Origin: a bacterium
GTDB taxonomy: Bacteria > SAR324 > XYD2-FULL-50-16
Reading direction: 5' to 3'
Length of the DNA stretch: 64,000 bases
Assembly: GCA_032250835.1 (NCBI GenBank)
Contig: JAVVEA010000001.1
Coordinates: 480,001 to 544,000, forward strand
Of the stretch, positions 61,529-64,000 are shown piece after piece. The position numbers were made by a program, and so were the translations under genes. Every line of letters begins with the position of its first letter. The stretch's first letter is position 1. Below the pieces are notes generated by a model that did not search any database, was not told the origin of the DNA, and was given only the letters and a program-made list of their open reading frames with translations.

Positions 61529-62385
61529 TATAAAAACTCCTCGGTAACGAAGTTTTTAATATAATCAAAGGCCTCGTCGACCTCATCAATGATTTTAAAT
61601 AGCTCTAGGTCCTTCTTGCTGATCACCTGCCACTTTAAGAGGGCGTCGAAGTTTAAGAAGTCGGTCCAGAACTCTTTACCGTAGAGCACAATGGGGATTT
61701 GTTTTTGCAGCTTTCCGGTCTGCATCAAGGTGAGCAGTTCGAACAGCTCGTCCATGGTGCCGAAGCCGCCAGGAAAAACCACCAAGCCCTTGGCCAGATA
61801 GGCGAACCAAAACTTGCGGATAAAGAAGTAGTGGAACTCAAAGGAAAGCTTGCCGGTTTGGTAAGGATTCGGGTCCTGCTCAAAGGGCAGAACAATGTTC
61901 ATCCCAATCGAGGGACCGTGGCCTTCGTCGGCTCCTCGGTTGGCCGCTTCCATCATCCCCGGCCCGCCACCGGAGCAGACGATGAAACGCTTTTCCTTTT
62001 GCACAATGCTGTTGGACCATTCGGTCAGTTTTTTCGCTAAGCTGCGGGCGGCCTCATAATAATAAGACAGCTTCAGGTCCATCTGGGCGGTCTGGTAGCG
62101 CTCCTGAAGCTCGTCGCTTTGCAACTCGGCGCGGTTCACCAATTCGGCGACGGCCTCTAAATTAGCCTCCGCTTCATCTTGCGGCAACGAGCGGGCCGAA
62201 CCAAAGAAGACAATGGTGTTTTTGATTTCTTCGCGTTCATACCGCTGGGCGGGGCCCGCAATCTCGCTGAGGATGCGGATGTGCCGCGCCTCGGGGCTGC
62301 GCAAAAAATCCTCGTTTAGGTAAGTGAGGTGGGGTCGGTTGTCTTGGGAGTCGTTCATAGCATACCAGAATGATGGAGCGCTCAA
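61528..62385 (-). CDS. LOG-family protein (TIGR00730)
   Basis: FFGSAR, GGGPGMMEAANRG, PGGFGTMDE; alternative start 62358. Confidence 0.9.
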   Translation of the reverse strand: MSAPSFWYAMNDSQDNRPHLTYLNEDFLRSPEARHIRILSEIAGPAQRYEREEIKNTIVFFGSARSLPQDEAEANLEAVAELVNRAELQSDELQERYQTAQMDLKLSYYYEAARSLAKKLTEWSNSIVQKEKRFIVCSGGGPGMMEAANRGADEGHGPSIGMNIVLPFEQDPNPYQTGKLSFEFHYFFIRKFWFAYLAKGLVVFPGGFGTMDELFELLTLMQTGKLQKQIPIVLYGKEFWTDFLNFDALLKWQVISKKDLELFKIIDEVDEAFDYIKNFVTEEFL

Positions 62386-62438
62386 TGTAGCTTGAAGCGC
62401 CCCCTAGGGCAACGGCTTTTTGGACTCCCTCAGTTGTA

Positions 62439-63320
62439 TTAAGGTAGCGGCACCAGCGGGATTTGGAGGGCTAGGCGGTTGTCTTCGGACATCGGCTGGC
62501 CGGGCGTCAGGTAAAGCCCTACCTCGGGCCCTGGGGCTAACTCCCGCCCGGAGTTGGGCAGCCATGCCCCATAGATATAATTTAAGGTATGGGGGTAGCG
62601 GCTCATGGGCCCTTGGTGGATAAATTCGGCGTAAAGACCCGCCGGTAGAATGCGCAGCTCAAAGCCCTCGGGTGCTTCGGGCCTGGGCCAGAGCAGGCCG
62701 CCAAAATATTCTTGGGCTTCCTGCCAGTCTTCTTCCTTGCCCGGTGTGATACTGGCTCGTTGGGCTCCGGCGGCTTCGGGCAGGGCGGCTAAATCGGGGC
62801 CTAGGCTCTGCCAAAGCTGGCTGACTGCCTGAATATTCTGCGCCGCAGCCTGAGCCATCAAGCCCACTTGAGTGGCCCGGCCGATCAAGTATCGCTCCTC
62901 AAGCTCAATTAACTTCGGTTCCATGCTGAAGCCTTTAAAGAGGTGGTTTAAGTAATCTGCGTCCATCTTAGCTTTCTGGGGGATCAGCCAGCGGCCCTGG
63001 TGGCTGCGTCGGAAAGCCGAGGGGCTTTGGCCAAAGGCCCGCTTAAAGGCCCGGCAAAAGACCTCGTGGGATTCATAGCCTTGGTTCAGCGCGATATCTA
63101 AAACCTTTTGCGGGGTTTCGGCCAAAGCCTTTGCGGCCACAGAAAGCCGCCGCGCGGCTATATACTCGCCCAGACTTTCGCCCAAGAGGACCTTAAAAAC
63201 CCGCTGGAAGTGCCAGGACGAATATCCGGCTACCTCGGCCACTTCAGCGCAGCTTAAAGCGCGGTCCAGGTGATTTTCCACAAAATCGATAGCTCCGTTG
63301 ATCCTGGTTAGATAGCTCAT
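62439..63320 (-). CDS. AraC-family regulator with GyrI-like effector domain (Rob-like)
   Basis: N-terminal double HTH (HFQRVF; GYESHEVFCRAFK); YIYGAWLPNSG GyrI motif. Confidence 0.9.
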   Translation of the reverse strand: MSYLTRINGAIDFVENHLDRALSCAEVAEVAGYSSWHFQRVFKVLLGESLGEYIAARRLSVAAKALAETPQKVLDIALNQGYESHEVFCRAFKRAFGQSPSAFRRSHQGRWLIPQKAKMDADYLNHLFKGFSMEPKLIELEERYLIGRATQVGLMAQAAAQNIQAVSQLWQSLGPDLAALPEAAGAQRASITPGKEEDWQEAQEYFGGLLWPRPEAPEGFELRILPAGLYAEFIHQGPMSRYPHTLNYIYGAWLPNSGRELAPGPEVGLYLTPGQPMSEDNRLALQIPLVPLP

Positions 63321-63396
63321 GGGCCCATGATAATAATTGAAAATAGTTCCTTCTTGATCAATCCTGCGCCCAGTTTTGGGGAGCTTCCCTTGGGGC

Positions 63397-63425
63397 TTGA
63401 GAAAGCTGGGGCGCTGTGGGATAAT
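63397..63425 (+). promoter_or_regulatory. Sigma70-type promoter of smpB
   Basis: TTGAGA-N17-GATAAT with TG extended -10. Confidence 0.5.
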
Positions 63426-63450
63426 GCGGTTTAACTAACGGTAGGGAACC

Positions 63451-63900
63451 ATGTCTAGTATTGTCCGCAACAAAAAGGCCTTCTTCGAATATGAGATTTT
63501 GGAGAAGTTCGAAGCCGGGATCGCCCTGGTCGGTACGGAGGTCAAGAGCCTACGCGCCGGGAAGGTGAAGATCATTGAGGCCTTCTGCCGGGTCAATAAC
63601 TCCTTTGAACTGGAGTTGCATATGCTCGACATCGCCCAATACACCCACGGCAACCTAAACAACCACGAACGCACCCGCGTGCGTAAGTTGTTGATGCACA
63701 AAAACGAAATCCGCCGCATCGACCAAAAGACCCGTGAAAAGGGCCTGACCATCGTGCCCATTTCGCTTTATTTTAAGCGCGGCAAGGTGAAGGTGGAAAT
63801 CGCCCTGGCCAAGGGCAAGAAACTACACGACAAACGCGCCGACATGAAGGCCAAAGACGCCAAGATGGAAATCGACCGCGCCCTCAAAGGCCAGCACTAG
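63451..63900 (+). CDS. smpB: SsrA-binding protein
   Basis: NKKAFFEY, EAGIALVGTEVKSLR, RKLLMHK, GKKLHDKR. Confidence 0.97.
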   Translation: MSSIVRNKKAFFEYEILEKFEAGIALVGTEVKSLRAGKVKIIEAFCRVNNSFELELHMLDIAQYTHGNLNNHERTRVRKLLMHKNEIRRIDQKTREKGLTIVPISLYFKRGKVKVEIALAKGKKLHDKRADMKAKDAKMEIDRALKGQH

Positions 63901-64000
63901 TGTCCCGTTCGGTGGATTCGTTTACACAGCTTCCGTATTGGGACTTTGAGACAAAACTTAAACCAGCAGAGGCGACGGGCGTAGCTTCAGGTTCCAGGTT

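Noticed and set aside
63901-64000. tmRNA (ssrA) next to smpB
   Set aside because: No GGGG acceptor-stem start or tRNA-like domain in the visible sequence

Overview
A gene-dense, GC-rich chromosomal window from a diderm bacterium. The TerB-DUF2225 protein, receptor-fused CheA-like kinase and TPR proteins suggest a SAR324/'Lambdaproteobacteria'-like or related delta lineage; this is inference only. The first 8 kb is the 3' part of a Pel-type exopolysaccharide operon: two TPR/beta-barrel PelB-like genes, then pelD/E/F/G, followed by a stand-alone PilZ gene. The rest mixes housekeeping genes (hemY, rsgA, rho, rpmE, prfA, glyA, guaB, mfd, aroK, tyrS, dut, smpB) with signalling genes: two MCPs, a PAS-GGDEF cyclase, CheY, a 7TM-DISM/Hpt/HATPase kinase and a tandem TerB + DUF2225 protein. 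Notable items: a DUF790/Bax1-like gene and an XPB-like helicase 22 kb apart, a 71-aa Hfq/Sm-like ORF resembling cyanobacterial Hfq, a degenerate acyl-CoA dehydrogenase homologue, an outer-membrane-protein pseudogene, an unannotated 42-aa membrane peptide, a 10-codon ORF upstream of rsgA, and a ~157-nt rod-shaped candidate ncRNA. No CRISPR array, rRNA, tRNA, transposase or prophage was recognised. All family calls come from motif recognition by eye; no searches were run.
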